Shown here: positions 1 to 22,220 of the stretch, piece by piece
Numbering within the stretch: the first letter of the stretch is position 1
Layout: each line of letters begins with the position of its first letter
The notes under the pieces: generated by a model
What the model was told of the DNA's origin: nothing
The model's database searches: none
The model's input: only the letters and a program-made list of their open reading frames with translations
Made by a program: the position numbers and the translations under genes
Assembly (NCBI RefSeq): GCF_006345805.1
Contig: NC_043021.1
Span: 4,712,001 to 4,776,000 of the forward strand
Reading direction: 5' to 3'
Length of the DNA: 64,000 nucleotides
Source of the DNA: Octopus sinensis
Lineage: Eukaryota

Positions 1-933
1 GACAGGTGTCAGTCCATCGACCCTGCTCCGTGTGGGCATGAACAGGGAAGCCTTTCCGTGGAGCAGAACTGGAAAAGGCTAGCTGTGGATGTGACACACT
101 ACCGTCAGCGAACGTACCTCTCCATGGTCGACTGTGGGCCGGGCCGGCTGGCCATTTGGAGGGAGTTGAGATCGGGCATTGCTGACGAGATCGTGCAGAT
201 CCTGAACGGGATATTTTTAGAGAGAGGTCCCGTGGAAGAACTACTGATGGACAACGGGGCGGCATTTCGTTCGGAAGCATTGAGGGTTATGCTTGATCGG
301 TGGAACGTGCGACGCTTGTTCAGAGCAGCGTATAGGCCGGGCGGTAACGGGATCGTGGAGAGGCACCATCGGACAGTCAAGACCATAGCGGAAAGAGGGC
401 ACATTTCGCCGCTTGAAGCAGTTTTTTGGTACAACTTGTCTCCCCGATCCGGACAGGCTGAGGAATCGGTGCCACACAGAGCAATATTCAGGTACGAGTG
501 GAGGCATCCGTGTACTAAATCAATGCAACCCGGGGCAGAGGAAGAGCACGCCTTCGTGCGGGTCGGGGAGGAAGTCTGGGTAAAACCCCCAAACGCACGG
601 TGTACATCGCAATGGGGAAAGGGGACAATAACCTCCGTAAGTTCGAAGAATAACATCTCCATCGATGGTATGCCACGCCACGTTTTGGACATACGGAGGA
701 TTGTCCATGCCCCAGAGGATGGACAAGCAACAGTGGGCAGGACGAAAACAACCGACAGGATGACGAGGTCGACAGCAACACACCAGAAACAAGTCCTAGG
801 GTCGCGCTGCGACCACAGAGGGAGCGGCACCCTCCTCCCTGGCTGGCTGATTATGAAACCAGTTTCGGGTGCGGGAGCGAGTGAGGAAGCCGGTTCAGTG
901 ATTTATAGATCAGGGGGGCGTGTGGTGTGGTGA
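1..933 (+). mobile_element. Ty3/Gypsy-like LTR retrotransposon integrase (3' end of pol, 5' part outside window)
   Basis: ORF 58..933 has an rve core: VDVTH ... LMDNGAAF ... NGIVERHHRT, with 35 residues between the second D and the E, then a VWVK..WGKG C-terminal region. Followed by a polypurine tract and an LTR. Confidence 0.93.
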
Positions 934-1195
934 TGAAGGAGTGTGACGGGACGGGCGGAATCGGAAGTGATGCTTACAGGTCTTGCAGGGCGCATGCGCC
1001 GGCGGAAGCGGAAGCGACAGACGCAACGCACGTGCGGCATCGACCGGCTGCGAGAGACCCCAGCAAGGCACCGAGACGACAACACGCGAGCAAGTTGGCT
1101 GAAGGCCATCCGACTTCATCCCCTGTCAGGTAAGACCTTATTGCACTTCTGTTTCCTATTTCCTTGTTTCCGTTGTGCTCCTTTCATCAACCACA
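921..1195 (+). mobile_element. 3' LTR (275 bp) of the Gypsy-like element
   Basis: Polypurine tract AGGGGGGCG at 912-920; TG...CA ends with imperfect terminal inverted repeats TGTGGTGTGGTGATGAAGGA / TCCTTTCATCAACCACA. Confidence 0.85.
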
Positions 1196-1465
1196 GTATT
1201 GAAAATATTTACGTAATATTCATATTTCTAGTAGTGCTAGTTTCGGTATGTTGTATGACTGGCCCTACTACCTTAACGACACCTGAGGTGCTGGTGTTAA
1301 ATCAAGTGGAGCGTTAGCGCCAGCCACCCAAGGACAAAGTGGTGGTGATATGTTACATCGACCATTGAAACTAACATTGCATGTGTTAAACCTACCACCC
1401 AAACTAACGTGACCATAGAACCAAATTATGAAAATTGAGATCTGTGTTGTCTTTACAACTTAAAA

Positions 1466-1745
1466 GAGGGGAGGAAGCACTCCGTCGGTTACGACGACGA
1501 GGGTTCCGGTTGATCCGAATCAACGGAACAGCCTGCTCGTGAAATTAACGTGTAAGTGGCCGAGCACTCCACAGACACGTGTACCCTTAACGTAAGTCCT
1601 CGGGGATATTCAGCGTGACACAGAGAGTGACAAGGCCGGCCCCTTTGAAATACAGGTACAACAGAAACAGGAAGTAAGAGTGAGAGAGAAAGTTGTGGCG
1701 AAAGAGTACAGCAGGGATCACCACCATCCATCCCCTGCTGGAGTG
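1466..1745 (-). mobile_element. tRNA-derived SINE family A, 5'-truncated, with target-site duplication
   Basis: Matches the 3' two-thirds of 17192-17576; flanked by TACAACTTAAAA at 1454-1465 and 1746-1757. Confidence 0.9.
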
Positions 1746-1786
1746 TACAACTTAAAAACAAAGCAATTGAATATATACAGAAATTA

Positions 1787-1792
1787 TTTATT
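1787..1792 (-). terminator. Candidate polyadenylation signal of the protease gene
   Basis: AATAAA about 145 nt after the stop codon, past a (TAC)n tract. Confidence 0.5.
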
Positions 1793-1853
1793 ATTGATTT
1801 TTGAAAAACAATATGGATACATTTAAGATATCTTCTATCCTTTGTCTTGCTGT

Positions 1854-1906
<53 letters not shown>

Positions 1907-1936
1907 ACCATAGTAACCATGATGTTATTGTTTCAC

Positions 1937-12064
<10,128 letters not shown>

Positions 12065-12144
12065 GTTTGGCGATAATTCTTTTTTTCCGACTTAACTGGT
12101 GTAGAAAAACAGTGATGACAAAAAATAACGTGTCGCGTTTTGCT

Positions 12145-12152
12145 CTTTTATA
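12145..12152 (-). promoter_or_regulatory. Probable TATA box of the protease gene
   Basis: TATAAAAG on the minus strand, about 30 nt upstream of an Inr-like TCATCACT and 80 nt upstream of the ATG. Confidence 0.6.
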
Positions 12153-12289
12153 GTGGTCCACGCTTGTTTGTGTGCTGAATGGAAATAATAGGACGACAGA
12201 CTGGACAAAGGAATGTAGGTCGTGCAAACTTACACATACGCATATACGCATATGCATACACATCTTATACACCTATGTAGACAAACTTA

Positions 12290-12322
12290 TACACACACAC
12301 ACGTACGTGTATATGCGTGTGC

Positions 12323-12364
<42 letters not shown>

Positions 12365-12459
12365 ATGTATATATATAAATACACACACAAGTGTATATAT
12401 ATACACACACACAATTGTATATATATATATACACAAGTATATATATATTTACAAAAGTG

Positions 12460-12503
<44 letters not shown>

Positions 12504-12861
12504 ATATATACACTTGTGTATATATATATATACATATAACGGGAAGCTTTATGAAAATAAACAAAAGACGAAGGCAGGTGGAAAACAAACGAACAATTGT
12601 ATTAGTATGGCGCTCAGGAAATATAAATAAAACAAGTCTTTAACGTTTCGAGCCTACGCTCTTCAACAGAAAGATACACAGAGAGAGAAAAACACAGAAA
12701 GAAGGAGAGAAAAAAAATGCGTGCAGTAGCTAACGAATCAACATGGCGATCTATATATATATATATATATATACATATATATACACTTGTATATATATAT
12801 ATATAACACTTGTGTGTGTATATATATACACACACACACACACACATATATATATAATATA

Positions 12862-12892
<31 letters not shown>

Positions 12893-12923
12893 CGCACACG
12901 CATATACATATATATATACACAC

Positions 12924-12958
<35 letters not shown>

Positions 12959-12995
12959 ACACTTGTGTGTGTATATATATATATATATATACACT

Positions 12996-13052
<57 letters not shown>

Positions 13053-13130
13053 CGCACACGCATATACATATATATATACACACGAGTGTATTAAGAATAT
13101 ATGCGTATACACATGTATATGTGTATGTTC
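12290..13130. repeat. (TA)n/(CA)n compound microsatellite blocks
   Basis: Recurring ACACTTGTGTGTATATATAT sub-motifs. Other simple repeats near 1853-1905, 11280-11386, 17658-17726, 20117-20285, 24425-24640, 59498-59592 and 60645-60710. Confidence 0.95.
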
Positions 13131-13899
13131 ATATGTGCGTATACAAATTCTTCAATGAAAACAAAAGATGCTCAGAAGAAAAGGTCTGAATGGACGACTG
13201 TGAAAAAGAAATAGAAAGAAACCACATCATCCCCACACAGACTCTAGTCCCTACCCCGTCCCCACAGACCCTGATCCCCACCCCGTCCCCACTGACACCA
13301 CTCCCCTCCCTACCACACCACAAACTATTCCCATCCCTCCCCCACAGAGAAATCCACACAGGCAAGCTTACATAATACCCAAACTCCCCAACCCTCCCCA
13401 CTAAAAAACCAGGTCTTATTATGGCATAGAACACCAGAAATGCTGAGCTGGAAAAAAGAAGTGTATCAGCTAAAAACATTTGAACATCCCCCAAACGAGT
13501 GTGCACCAGAAAGCATTAAATTTGTATTCATCAATCGCGAACTGCATTATAAGCTAAAGACGTTATTCCCCGGAGTACGTAGGTCCTCCGAGGAAACAAT
13601 TTATACAATCATTATACTACGGAGATGTACCTGCATAGCAAGTGATTTGATCTGAGATCGTGTGCTGAAACGAAAACAATTGCAGGCGTGGAAGGTGTTT
13701 GTAAGCCATTTAAGAAACACACAAAAGCCGTTCGATTCACTTCAACATTTAAGTTTAATTTGTCAAAATATTTTCATCGCTTTAAGACCGCGACCTGTTC
13801 ACTGAAGTGGCTACCCATTCATTGAAGTGACTCCACAAACCACGGACGAAGAAGAGGGTTCAACCCTCTTCCATTAAGGTAAGATTTCTTTTCTCTCTT

Positions 13900-15690
13900 A
13901 AAGTAAGATGTATAAATGTACGCAGCCTGGAGTCAGATTGGAAGCAAGGTTGCCTCCGTAATGACCTCAGGTCGCATAGGTTGGATCTAATTGTCACTAC
14001 AGAAACCAGGACTGAGTGGACTGCGGGATTTTGTACTCCTCCTAAATGGCTAAGAGAAATTTATTTCTTCATGCCAACTCGGAGGGGGGCGCAAGCGTCG
14101 CAGTTCTACTCAGGAAGGATTTGAAACTTCATTTAAGAACAATCTTTGTTGACCCGGAAGGCAGGTTGGTCGTCCTTGATGTAACGCACAGCAGTGGTAA
14201 GACTTTCAGGCTGGTGGCTGTCTATGCTCCTTGTGGAGCGGAGCAGTCTGACTATTTCAGAGGCCTAGAGAATATTCTAGGAATGTCGCACACTTTAGTG
14301 GTGGTAGGAGACTTTTAACTCAATTTGCGATGCACGCGTAGATTGTGTTGGCTCGAATCCCAATAGGAGAGGAAACTCTTGCCTCAGCGATCTGCTCAGT
14401 CGTTTTCAGCTGGCAGATCGATACAGACTAGTATTCCCGGATGCTCCTGTGTGGACCTGGACTAATGGCGATGAGTCTTCTAAATCTTACTTAGACAGGA
14501 CTATAGTTAGGATTAAAGACAAAGACTTCGTCAGGTGTCCACAATTCCACTACGTCAGCTACAGTGACCGCAAATTTGTGACCTGTAGGCTTGACTTAGA
14601 TAAGTTATGTAGACAAGGTCCCGGCTACTGGAAACCTAATAAGTCACTTTTGGCTTGTAAGGAGTACAGGAGACGGATTTGGCGTTAATTGGATCCATTA
14701 ACAACAGTAAATGGTGGCACGCCCTCAAAAGATCCATCAAGTTTTAGGGGCGATGCCATCCAACAGCGTCGTGGGACGCTAGAGGGGCGGTCCTGTGAAA
14801 TTCTAGGGGTTTTGTTCGGTCCAGACCTCCAGCGAGAGAAGAACTGGAGTGAGGTTACGAGTGACTCACGTAACCCAGACCTGGTCTGGGCGGTAGTTAT
14901 CTCTGAAAGGGAGGGCGGGGGTCGCCAATGTGTTTATCGTATCGGTGATCACTTACTGCCTAAGCGCCGTGCATTGCCCCTATTCGTAGCTAAACACGTT
15001 GGAACGATTGCCCTTCAGCGTTTTGTGGAAGGGCAAAGGACCTCTTGCAAGGCGCTCTATCTGCTGCCAACAACCGCTAAAGGGTGGGCTAGGGGTACCG
15101 TGGCTAATGACGCGCAGGCATGCGCTGAGGCTGAGGCATCTAAGGCTCTACCTGGATGGCGAGCAGGTGTGGTCTCCGTTCGTCAAACTGACACTTCCTC
15201 GGTTCACTAGTTTCGGTGAACTGGAACCGTGTATTAAGCGTGGACTAAAGTTGGCAGCGTGGCAGGCCGAGTGTCGTCAGGCACACACGCTTCTCTCCAG
15301 GACGGGAAATGCCGGTAACTGGTATCCACCTCGTCATTCTCTAGAGGGTGAGTAGAGGCCAAGTCTGATGACGCTCTTGGAGAAGGCATGGGCTTCGATG
15401 ATGGTCAACTTGCCGGCCTGTTCCGAAGAACGTTTGGGCCAGGGTTTATGGATAACTTCCAAAAGTCCCTGGCTCGGCAATGTTACCGAGGAGCCTTATC
15501 AGATCGAGATATAAACTCGCCAGGCACGGCTCTCCTCGCTCGCCCACTTGCTCAAGATGCGAGCCAAGCAGTGAAGCTGTTCTGCACGCGATTGTGCAAT
15601 GTCCGAAAATTTCGGAATTGTGGGTTTATGTTGATCAAGTGTTGTCACTTTTGGGAAGAGTACAACTGTCTTCCGACTCAATAATAAAGA
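13900..15690 (+). mobile_element. Degenerate, internally deleted Tx1/L1-like LINE
   Basis: Broken frames carry APE motifs (RLVAVYAP, VVGDF, SYLDR, YSDRKFV, GYWKPN), then QQPLKGGLGVP and a CSRC..LHAIVQCP zinc knuckle; the RT core is missing. Confidence 0.8.
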
Positions 15691-16441
15691 TCTATTTCTT
15701 TACTACCCACACGGGGCTAAACACAGAGGGGACAAACAAGGACAGACAAACGGATTAAGTCGATTATATCGACCCCAGTGCGTAACTGGTACTTATTTAA
15801 TCGACCCCGAAAGGATGAAAGGCAAAGTCGACCTCGGCGGAATTTGAACTCAGAACGTAGCGACAAACAAAATTCTGCTAAGCATTTCGCCCGGCGCGCT
15901 AACGTTTCTGCCAACTCGCCGCCTAATAATAAAAACTCGCCTCAATAATAAAGATCGTTCCACCGCCCTCTCTGAACAGGGAAAGGAAGGTCTGTTTTCT
16001 CTCTTTAGCGGCTGCGGCAAACGAGGTTGTGTGGAGAACACGCATGAAAGGAGTAGTGACAGGTGTCCTTAAATCCTTAAAAATGTTTTAGCCCGAAGGC
16101 CGCGGCCATGCTGGGATCTCCAGCCTTGCTTTGGTAAAGCTTTTTGGGTTTCCACCTTAAAAGGATAATAATGCTGGAGAGGAGATGATTGTCACTCAGT
16201 ATATATGGAAAAAGATGGAAGAAAGTGACAAGCATGTTGAGAGTGGATGTACCTGCTTAAGGGAGAACAAAAAGGATCATAATGGGTTCAGTGGTGGAAC
16301 GTGTTTGTGGGGTCACACCCATCCCCCACTTCATCATTATCATTCGTTTTATATTATCATTAATTTTAAACTTCGTTCATCAATCATTTGCGAATCCCAC
16401 CCCGACCCCTTGTCTGTCCCCCTCTTTGTATAACCTTAATG

Positions 16442-16642
16442 CAGTGGTTTTCAACCAGGGTTCCACCAGTACATTCCAGGGGTTCCGCACGAAGTTACAA
16501 AACTGCTAAAATCGACAGTAATTTTAAATTCTCCTGTGCAGATATGTGTGCATAAGACAATAAAATTATTGCACAGGGGTTCCTCGAGCCAGTAGAATGT
16601 TTCCTTGGGGTTCCGCTCCAGCAAAAAGGTTGAAAAGCAATG
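16442..16642. mobile_element. hAT-like MITE
   Basis: Inverted repeats CAGTGGTTTTCAACC / GGTTGAAAAGCAATG; no clear target-site duplication. Confidence 0.7.
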
Positions 16643-16776
16643 TTACCGAGGAGCCTTATCAGATCGAGATAAACTCGCCAGGCACGGCTCTCCTCGCTCT
16701 CCCACTTGCTCAAGATGCGAGCCAAGCGGTGAAGCTGTTCTGCACGCGATTGTGCAATGTCCGAAAATTTAATGTA

Positions 16777-16917
16777 TTACGTTGTCCCAAAAGTTCGTAA
16801 ACACTTGCGAAAATTGAATTTTTACTCGCCAAGTACTAACAAAAACAACAAAAATTATTCCTCAAAATAAAGACCATTATTTTCCAAGACTTTCTACGAA
16901 CTTTTGGGACAACCTTA
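16777..16917. mobile_element. Tc1/mariner-type MITE (141 bp)
   Basis: Inverted repeats GTTGTCCCAAAAGTTCGTA / TACGAACTTTTGGGACAAC, with TA on both sides. Confidence 0.8.
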
Positions 16918-17191
16918 TAATAAAAACCAATTCTTAATTTGTCCGACTGTCGCTATTATTGGATTTTTTTTGTACATCTTTTATTATTGTTGGATTTTTA
17001 TTGTTGAACTTCTTGCTGTTATCGTGTTTTTGAGACACTTTGTTTTACTGCTTGCTGCCTTGTGGCAGAACTGTTAGCGTTTTCCCCCTTGTTTGAAGGA
17101 GGAGGAGGAGAGATAAATGAGTGGGGATAGAACAAGACCAGTCAGCTCGGAAGAACAGAAGCTGTTGTTATAGGTGTAGTAAAGGTAGGGT

Positions 17192-17576
17192 GGAGGCGCA
17201 ATGGCCCAGTGGTTAGGGCAGCGGACTCGCGGTCGTAGGATCGCGGTTTCGATTCCCAGACCGGGCGTTGTGAGTGTTTATTGAGCGAAAACACCTAAAA
17301 AAGCTCCACGAGGCTCTGGCAGGGATGGTGGTGATCCCTGCTGTACTCTTTCACCACAACTTTCTCTCACTCTTACTTCCTGTTTCTGTTGTACCTGTAT
17401 TTCAAGGGGCCGGCTTTGTCACTCTCTGTGTCACGCTGAATATCCCCGAGAACTTACGTTAAGGGTACACGTGTCTGTGGAGTGCTCAGCCACTTACACG
17501 TTAATTTCACGAGCAGGCTGTTCCGTTGATTCGGATCAACCGGAACCCTTATCGTCGTAACCGACGGAGTGCTTCC
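17192..17576 (+). mobile_element. tRNA-derived SINE family A, full length
   Basis: A box TGGCCCAGTGG, B box GGTTTCGATTCCC; near-identical to the other copies. Confidence 0.92.
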
Positions 17577-17658
17577 CCCACCCCAAGTAAAGGTAGGTGA
17601 GGAAACAAAACGATGAGCCGGGCGACTGACACGAATCAGTCGGGATTCGCATTTTTGG

Positions 17659-17711
<53 letters not shown>

Positions 17712-19099
17712 GGTGGTGGTGGTGGTATTGATATTTAGAAACTTTAACCAGAAAATTTTATTTAAAACGAGGAACAAATAACAAAATGGTAACAAAATGG
17801 AAAATTCAGCGACTTATACAATTTGTATGTCTGGTGGAACCTTTTAAAGTATTCTCGTGATCAGGAGCTGACGCCATATTTTCTACATTGTTTCATAATC
17901 AAGAGCGAGTTGCCATGGTCTCTGCAGTGCTTCGTGATCAACAGATGGCTACCGTAGTCTCTTACAGTAGTTTTGTAATCAGAAGCTGGTTATTATAATT
18001 TCACGGTTCATTACTGTACTGTACTCTTTACTGTGTTATTGTTATCAAGAGTCGGGTGTTATAGTCTCCATAGTATTCTGTGATCAGAAGCCGGATTTTT
18101 CAGAAACGCTGTGCATATCATCTTCTGTACGTGACACGTGTTTTATTCAAAGCTTCTGTTAAATTACGTAAATTTAAATTTGCGACACACATAAAGAAAC
18201 CTTATGAGTATCATGACAACGACCAGAGTGGATCTGAAAGAAGGAAACGGTATTATTGATAAATGATACTAATCATTATAGCAATAAAGGGATACAAGTA
18301 ATTAAATGTTATGCACTTAGTAACAACAATTAAAGCATTCAATCAATAATCGGGAGGAACATGGAGACATTTCTCTAATCTTCTCAAATCTCTTGTAAAA
18401 GATTAATGAAATAAGCAACCTGTTACTTTTGAAGTTAGAAGCCTTGCAGGGCGGCTTATATTGCAATCGGGTTCTTTCAGTACAGGAGACTCGATGTTGG
18501 CAGTCCAACGAGGTATATTCAAGAGCTGGGCTTGATTGTTGGTGGCGATGTAGTGGTCACATCACCTCATAAGGAAGGTGAATGATTTAGTGCATCCGTT
18601 TTTATCGAAGCTGTGAGAGCTTTTGGTAACTGAATTGTGCACTGTAATTATTGGGGTTTGTTGAGGTGGTATATAATGTAGATGTTATTAATATTATTAG
18701 TTGCATTACATAGTGTAAAGAGGTTCAATGGCGAGCGATGGATTTGATTTGTGAGTATTACAGGAGAATTTTCTGTTTCGCAGAGTGATTCTGGTAACAA
18801 AGTGTACTGATGGATGTCTTTAACTTCGATTACGATAACACTCTTACTCCTTTGCATGATCTGTTGCTAGCTTGGTTTTAGATAGAGGTGTACTCTCCGA
18901 CAGTCAATGGATGGAGTCGTCTAGTGCCCTGACCATCGTTCAGAATTTTTCGTGTATCTATTGAAAAGAGACTCTTGAAAAAGTGCTAGTTGGTAGGACA
19001 AAGGTCTGGGGAATAAGCTGGGTGGGGAAGAAGTTCGTAGCCAAGTTCCCTCAGCTTCTGGAACGTCATTAGTGAAACGTGTGGTCGAGCATTATCATG

Positions 19100-19949
19100 A
19101 AGAATGATTGGTCCTCTTCTGTTGACCAGTCTGGGACAGAGGAGTAGCAGTTTTTCGTTCATTTTGGCAATTTCATGGCAAAATGTTTCTTCAATAATGG
19201 TTTTTCCGGATTATAAGAAGTTACAGTCGATGAGTCCAGAAGTACACCACCAAACATTAACCATGACGTTCATTTTGAAGAGCTCAGATTTAAGGCAGGT
19301 TCTTTTATTATTGTACAGAATCCACTTTTCATCATATGTTACAATACAGTCGAGAAATGGATCGGTCTGGTTACGGAGAAGAAGCGACGAGCAAATTTCA
19401 TATCTGCGCATTTTCTGATTTTCATTCAAATCGTATGGTACCCATTTGTTGAGCTTTTTTTCATTTTTCGATCGCATGCAAATGGTTGCAGGCAGTTTTC
19501 TGGCTAACTTGAAGTTCTTTTGCCAGTTCCCGTGTGGTTTTACGTGGATCGATGACAGATGGGTGCCCACTACGCTCACGATCTTCAAGGCTCACGTCTC
19601 CACTGTGAAATCGTTTAAACCATTTTCGAGCTGACCACTCACTGGTCATTTCCTCACCAAACGTTTCGTTGATACCGCGAGCAGTTTCAGCTGCTTTACG
19701 TCCTTTTTTGAAGTTGAATAGCAAAATTGCTCGAATATCGCGCTCTGACAGTTCCATTTTAGATGATTGTAACAACAGAGAAAAATAATATCAATATTAA
19801 TTTGTTGATGCATTTGGGTAAGTCTATGTCAGTATCATCAGACAATTGCAAAAAAAAATGTTTAAAAAAATTCAAAATTCTGCAAAAATCTTCATGGTTC
19901 AAAAAATTCTTCATGGTTCAAAATGTTGCTTACTTTTTACTCAACCTGG
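19100..19949 (-). mobile_element. Mariner transposase pseudogene with 5' terminal inverted repeat
   Basis: MELSERDIRAILLFNFKKGRKAAETARGINETFG..WFKRF..RSGHP; WVPYDL..RRYEICSSLLLRN..IVTYDEKWILYNN in shifted frames; TA|CCAGGTTGAGTAAAAAGTAAGC end at 19949. Confidence 0.9.
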
Positions 19950-20115
19950 TATTAAGGAGAAAAGCTGAAAGTGAGGATCGGGATGGGGATGAATTTCTCG
20001 AAATAAGTGTATCAGAGTAAACCAGGACGTTTTTGGCGAAAAGTGTGTTCAATTGGCCTTATTGAATACAAGATGAAAGAACATAGAATCAGATGTTGTT
20101 GGATGGAAGAAATAC

Positions 20116-20209
<94 letters not shown>

Positions 20210-20216
20210 GACAGAC

Positions 20217-20255
<39 letters not shown>

Positions 20256-20364
20256 GAGAGAGAAAGAAAGAAAGAAAGAAAGAGAGGGACTACTCCATGT
20301 AGACCTCAGAATGGGGCCAACCACTCAGTCGAAAATTCTTATTTAAAAATTTATGTTATATATT

Positions 20365-20765
20365 TCTTTATTGCCCACAAGGGGCTAAACATAGAGGAGA
20401 CAAACAAAGGGATTAAGTCAACTACATGGACCCCAGTGCGTAACTGGTACTTAATTTATCGACTCCCGAAAGGATGAAAGGCAAAGTCGACCCTCAACGG
20501 AATTTGAACTCAGAACGTAGCGACAGACGAAATACTTATTTCTTTATTACCCACAAGGGGCTAAACACAGAGGGGACAAACAAGGACAGACATAGGTATT
20601 AAGTCGATTACATCGACCCCAGTACGTAACTGGTACTTAATTTATCGACCCCGAAAGGATGAAAGGCAAAGTCGACCTCGGCGGAATTTGAACTCACAAC
20701 GTAACGCAGACGAAATACTGCTGAGCATTTCGCCCGGCGTGCTAACGCTTCTGCCCGCTCGCCGT
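20365..20765 (-). mobile_element. SINE family C dimer
   Basis: Two tandem units joined at GAAATA(A)GTATTTCGTC, the same junction point as in the 50-kb array. Confidence 0.88.
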
Positions 20766-21714
20766 CAGTTGTAAGTGTAGTGCTTTTATGTGGGAGATGA
20801 CTGCTGGTGTGTGCGTGTACTGTAATGTAATTCGTATATAATATTCAATACTTAACCTCCTCGCCTAGATCTATCTCCTCAATGCCTTCCTCGTTAATAT
20901 TGCCAGTCCAATCACCAAACATACATCCAATTTCTTTGCGAATCTTAGGGATTTTCACATTGCCATCATCATCGTTATTATCATTACCACAATTGTCTGG
21001 CTTCCATATGTCCATCGTTACAAATTGAACCACTTCTTGGCCTACTGAAGGAAGAAGATGTTTTGAGTCTGATATAGACACGGCTTTTACGTTTGGATCG
21101 TGAATGGATTTTGTGTCTTCCGAAGTAACAGATTCTGAAGTTGCACTACAGACGATTTCTTGATCTGAAATCTGAATAATCTTCAAAACAGTTTCTGAGT
21201 TTGAACGTGTAGGAATATTTACGTATGGTTCAGAGAATACATTTAGGTCTGTATAAGAAATACTATCTTCCTCCGATTCGTAGGTTTTCAGGGTGCAACA
21301 CCACATCAAAAAATCGATGAAAGATCGTTCGATAAAGCTGGGGAATTTTTTAACATTGGGTGGCATTTTCCAAGCAAAAACTAAAACAGCTGCAAACACA
21401 CATACACTCACACAAGCACGCGCACGCGCACTCATACGCACACACGCGCGCGCACAAATACGCAGAAATAAACCAATACAAAGATTGAGCAGAAGCAAGT
21501 AGAAACTGAATTAATTCTACAAGATAAATATATGAATTATTTTAAGACGATAAAGGAATAAGTTAAATAATATCAATAAGAATTCTGTTTGAAAGAAGAC
21601 AAAATCGAAGAGCGGGAAAACGTTCAAGTCATCCATTGATACGTCAAGTCTCCCCTGTTGATTATGACGTATTTTTGACAAATACATTCGAGCTTTGGTG
21701 TTGGAGAAGACTTT

Positions 21715-22220
21715 TACGGATTCCATCCATGGACAGCGAGGCTCACCAATGGAGAAGTTCTTAAGCAGATCAGGCCGAAAATGTCGCTAAGAAGCTAGGA
21801 TCACCAAGCATAGATTGGCATATTTCGGTCATATTATGCGGAGAGAATCCCTGGAGAAGGACATCATGCTCGGAATGGTCAGTGGCAAGAGAGGAAGAGG
21901 CCGACCAAGAACCCGCTGGCTTGGCACCATCAAGAGTGATACCGGAATGGACATAGCCAGTCTGAAGGAAGTGGCCCAGGATAGAACTGACTGGAGGACA
22001 CTGATCCATTGAGTAACCGAGAGTCGACTTCGACTGAGCGGATATATATATATCATATATACGGAATGGTCAGTGGCAAAAGAGAAAGAGGCCGACAAAG
22101 AACCCGCTGGCTTGACACCGGAATGGACATGGCCAATCTGAAAGAAGCGGCCCAGGATAGAACTGACTGGAAGACACTGATCCAACGAGTAACCGAGAGT
22201 CGACTTCGACTGAGCGGATA
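21715..22220 (+). mobile_element. BovB/RTE-like 3' fragments, partly tandem-duplicated
   Basis: [42 protein letters not shown]; last ~150 bp repeated at 22060-22220; another copy at about 25495-25615(-). Confidence 0.85.

Noticed and set aside
105-830. 241-aa minus-strand ORF, and plus-strand ORFs over the RTE (43775-46216)
   Set aside because: Antisense shadows of the integrase and RT coding regions, with no motifs of their own.
17192-17270. tRNA-like sequences with A and B boxes
   Set aside because: They are SINE heads continuing into conserved SINE bodies; there is no complete acceptor stem.
18300-19080. Coding-like stretch on the minus strand
   Set aside because: Multiple stops in all frames and no motif I can recognise; possibly an old transposon, not assignable without a search.
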